From: Escherichia phage vB_EcoM_PHB05 | Sequence record: NC_052652.1 | Length of the DNA: 64,000 bases | Direction: 5' to 3' (one strand) | Shown here: positions 62,654-64,000 of the stretch, piece after piece | Layout: each line of letters begins with the position of its first letter | Position numbering within the stretch: position 1 is the stretch's first letter | Made by a program: the position numbers and the translations under genes | Notes under the pieces: generated by a model | What the model was told of the DNA's origin: nothing | What the model saw: only the letters and a program-made list of their open reading frames with translations | Databases searched by the model: none

Positions 62654-63189
62654 ATTCTTTTTTCACGATGGAAACAACACGTAAAAAATAGGCGTAAAGG
62701 TGGCGTAAAACCATCTAAAACCGACTGTAACCGCTTAAACAGGGTAACAATGAGTAATCACCTTACCAGGATGAAAAAGCTGTTATAAAGCTATTTAGAG
62801 CGTTTAAAGCACACAGGAAATAATTTGCTTTTTATCTTGCCTTTTATTCTGCTTTTGATTATTATTATGGAACGGGCGGCACCTGGGGACAGGGGAAGAT
62901 AATCACCGGAAGATCCCGCTATATATTGATAGCTTCTACCTATTAAACAACAAAACATCAAAGAAATAAACTATCAAATCTTTTTACCTAAATAAAGATG
63001 ATAACTTTTACCTATCAAAAACGTTCACCGAAAAAAGTGAATAGATCGCGGTATTGAGCTAATCAAGGAGCAGATGAATAACCATACCATGAAGATCATA
63101 AGGCGCTTACAGCGTGTTTTAGACCGCTTATTTTTAATTTCTTCATGCAACTATCTGGCAAAAACAGCCTTTTTCTTGTCTTTCCTCTT

Positions 63190-63260
63190 AAATAATAATC
63201 ATTCTCATTTATAGCTGATTATTTATGCAATAAACTGAATAATATAATAATGATAATCAT
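63190..63260. promoter_or_regulatory. Second Fur-box-like element (AATAATAATCATTCTCATTT ... AATGATAATCATTCTT)
   Basis: Same TAATCATTCTCATT core as at 53862; lies on the far side of the early block. Confidence 0.4.
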
Positions 63261-63616
63261 TCTTAACTTAAGGCCATCTAACCTATAAAATAATAAGCTA
63301 TCTAACTAAATTAAAGCTAATTATCTCACCTTTATTTATAACTTACTGTTATTATCTCATTGATAACCTTATATTAAACAACAATAACTAATATAAATCA
63401 TTACCAAACTAAATATAATCTATCTAACCTTTAAAACTATAACTATAATCTATCGAATTGTTGCACAAAGTAACTATTAAATTGTTAGTAACATTACTAA
63501 ATAATTAATATCCTATCTATTTATGATCTAATCTTTACCTTACTATCTATTACCTAAATAATCATTTCATACAATAATTATAACAAGAAATATAATTAGC
63601 AAGCGTATCATTAGCA

Positions 63617-63790
63617 GCCTATGCCGGACACATAGGCGGCTAATAATAACGCAACTACACATCCCACATAATAACCATCACCGATAGTTATTATTTGTGC
63701 TTATGTAGCTTGCAACAACTGCAAGCGCAACAATATACATGGTATATTGTATCCCTTACATTGTTGCGGTGCGTTATTATTAGCTAATGT
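63617..63790. repeat. Nested inverted repeats in AT-rich non-coding DNA
   Basis: Outer 13-bp arms CTAATAATAACGC / GCGTTATTATTAG, inner 9-bp arms CGCAACAAT / ATTGTTGCG, central palindrome CAATATACATGGTATATTG; plus hairpin GCCTATG-N7-CATAGGC. Confidence 0.5.
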
Positions 63791-64000
63791 TTGGAACATT
63801 GGCTATAATATAAGCTATCCAATAATAAACATAGGGAAAATGACACTGATGATCATAATGCGCCACCTTCCAGGGGGCGCTATGTGAACACAAAGAAACC
63901 TTTCTTGTCAAGAAAAATATTACCATTATTGCGCAAAATTATTTATATATGAATAGATGGTTTTTCATACTATTGCCCCCATATAGCTTATCATTTGTTG

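Noticed and set aside
1-64000. Integrated prophage or genomic island within a bacterial chromosome
   Set aside because: No integrase, attachment-site repeats, tRNA flanks or host housekeeping genes; gene content and early/middle/late block organisation fit a virulent phage segment

Overview
This window reads as a 64-kb segment of a virulent tailed dsDNA phage genome (AT-rich, densely packed, strongly strand-polarised gene blocks, no integrase or host housekeeping genes). All calls rest on motif recognition by eye in the supplied ORF translations plus inspection of the nucleotide sequence; no database search was run. Layout: (1) 1-10.6 kb, + strand: tail/baseplate module with a tail-fibre assembly chaperone and three further receptor-binding proteins (beta-helix tailspike, collagen-like fibre, Ig-like plus O-acetylesterase-like fibre). 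(2) 10.7-48.4 kb, - strand: replication and nucleotide metabolism (family A DNA polymerase, T7 gp4-like primase-helicase, UvrD-like helicase interrupted by an intein, anaerobic RNR NrdD/NrdG, DNA adenine methyltransferase), a four-gene glycosyltransferase-like cluster, and a Ter-like cluster (TerD, vWA, TelA-like, TerC, with PRTase, HAD and macro-domain genes). (3) 48.5-53.4 kb, + strand: small genes, a second copy of a P-loop ATPase, a Zn-ribbon-repeat nuclease-like gene and a NADAR-domain gene. (4) 53.4-54.6 kb: tandem ~68-bp repeats, an array of Fur-box-like palindromes, and a GC-rich island. (5) 54.2-62.6 kb: an early-gene block of about 25 small ORFs, most preceded by a near-consensus sigma70 promoter and a conserved stem-loop with compensatory base changes. 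(6) 62.65-64 kb: AT-rich non-coding region with iteron-like repeats and nested inverted repeats. The most notable candidate system is the phage-borne Ter-like cluster; the promoter/stem-loop cassette family and its Fur-box-like flanks are the most striking non-coding signal.
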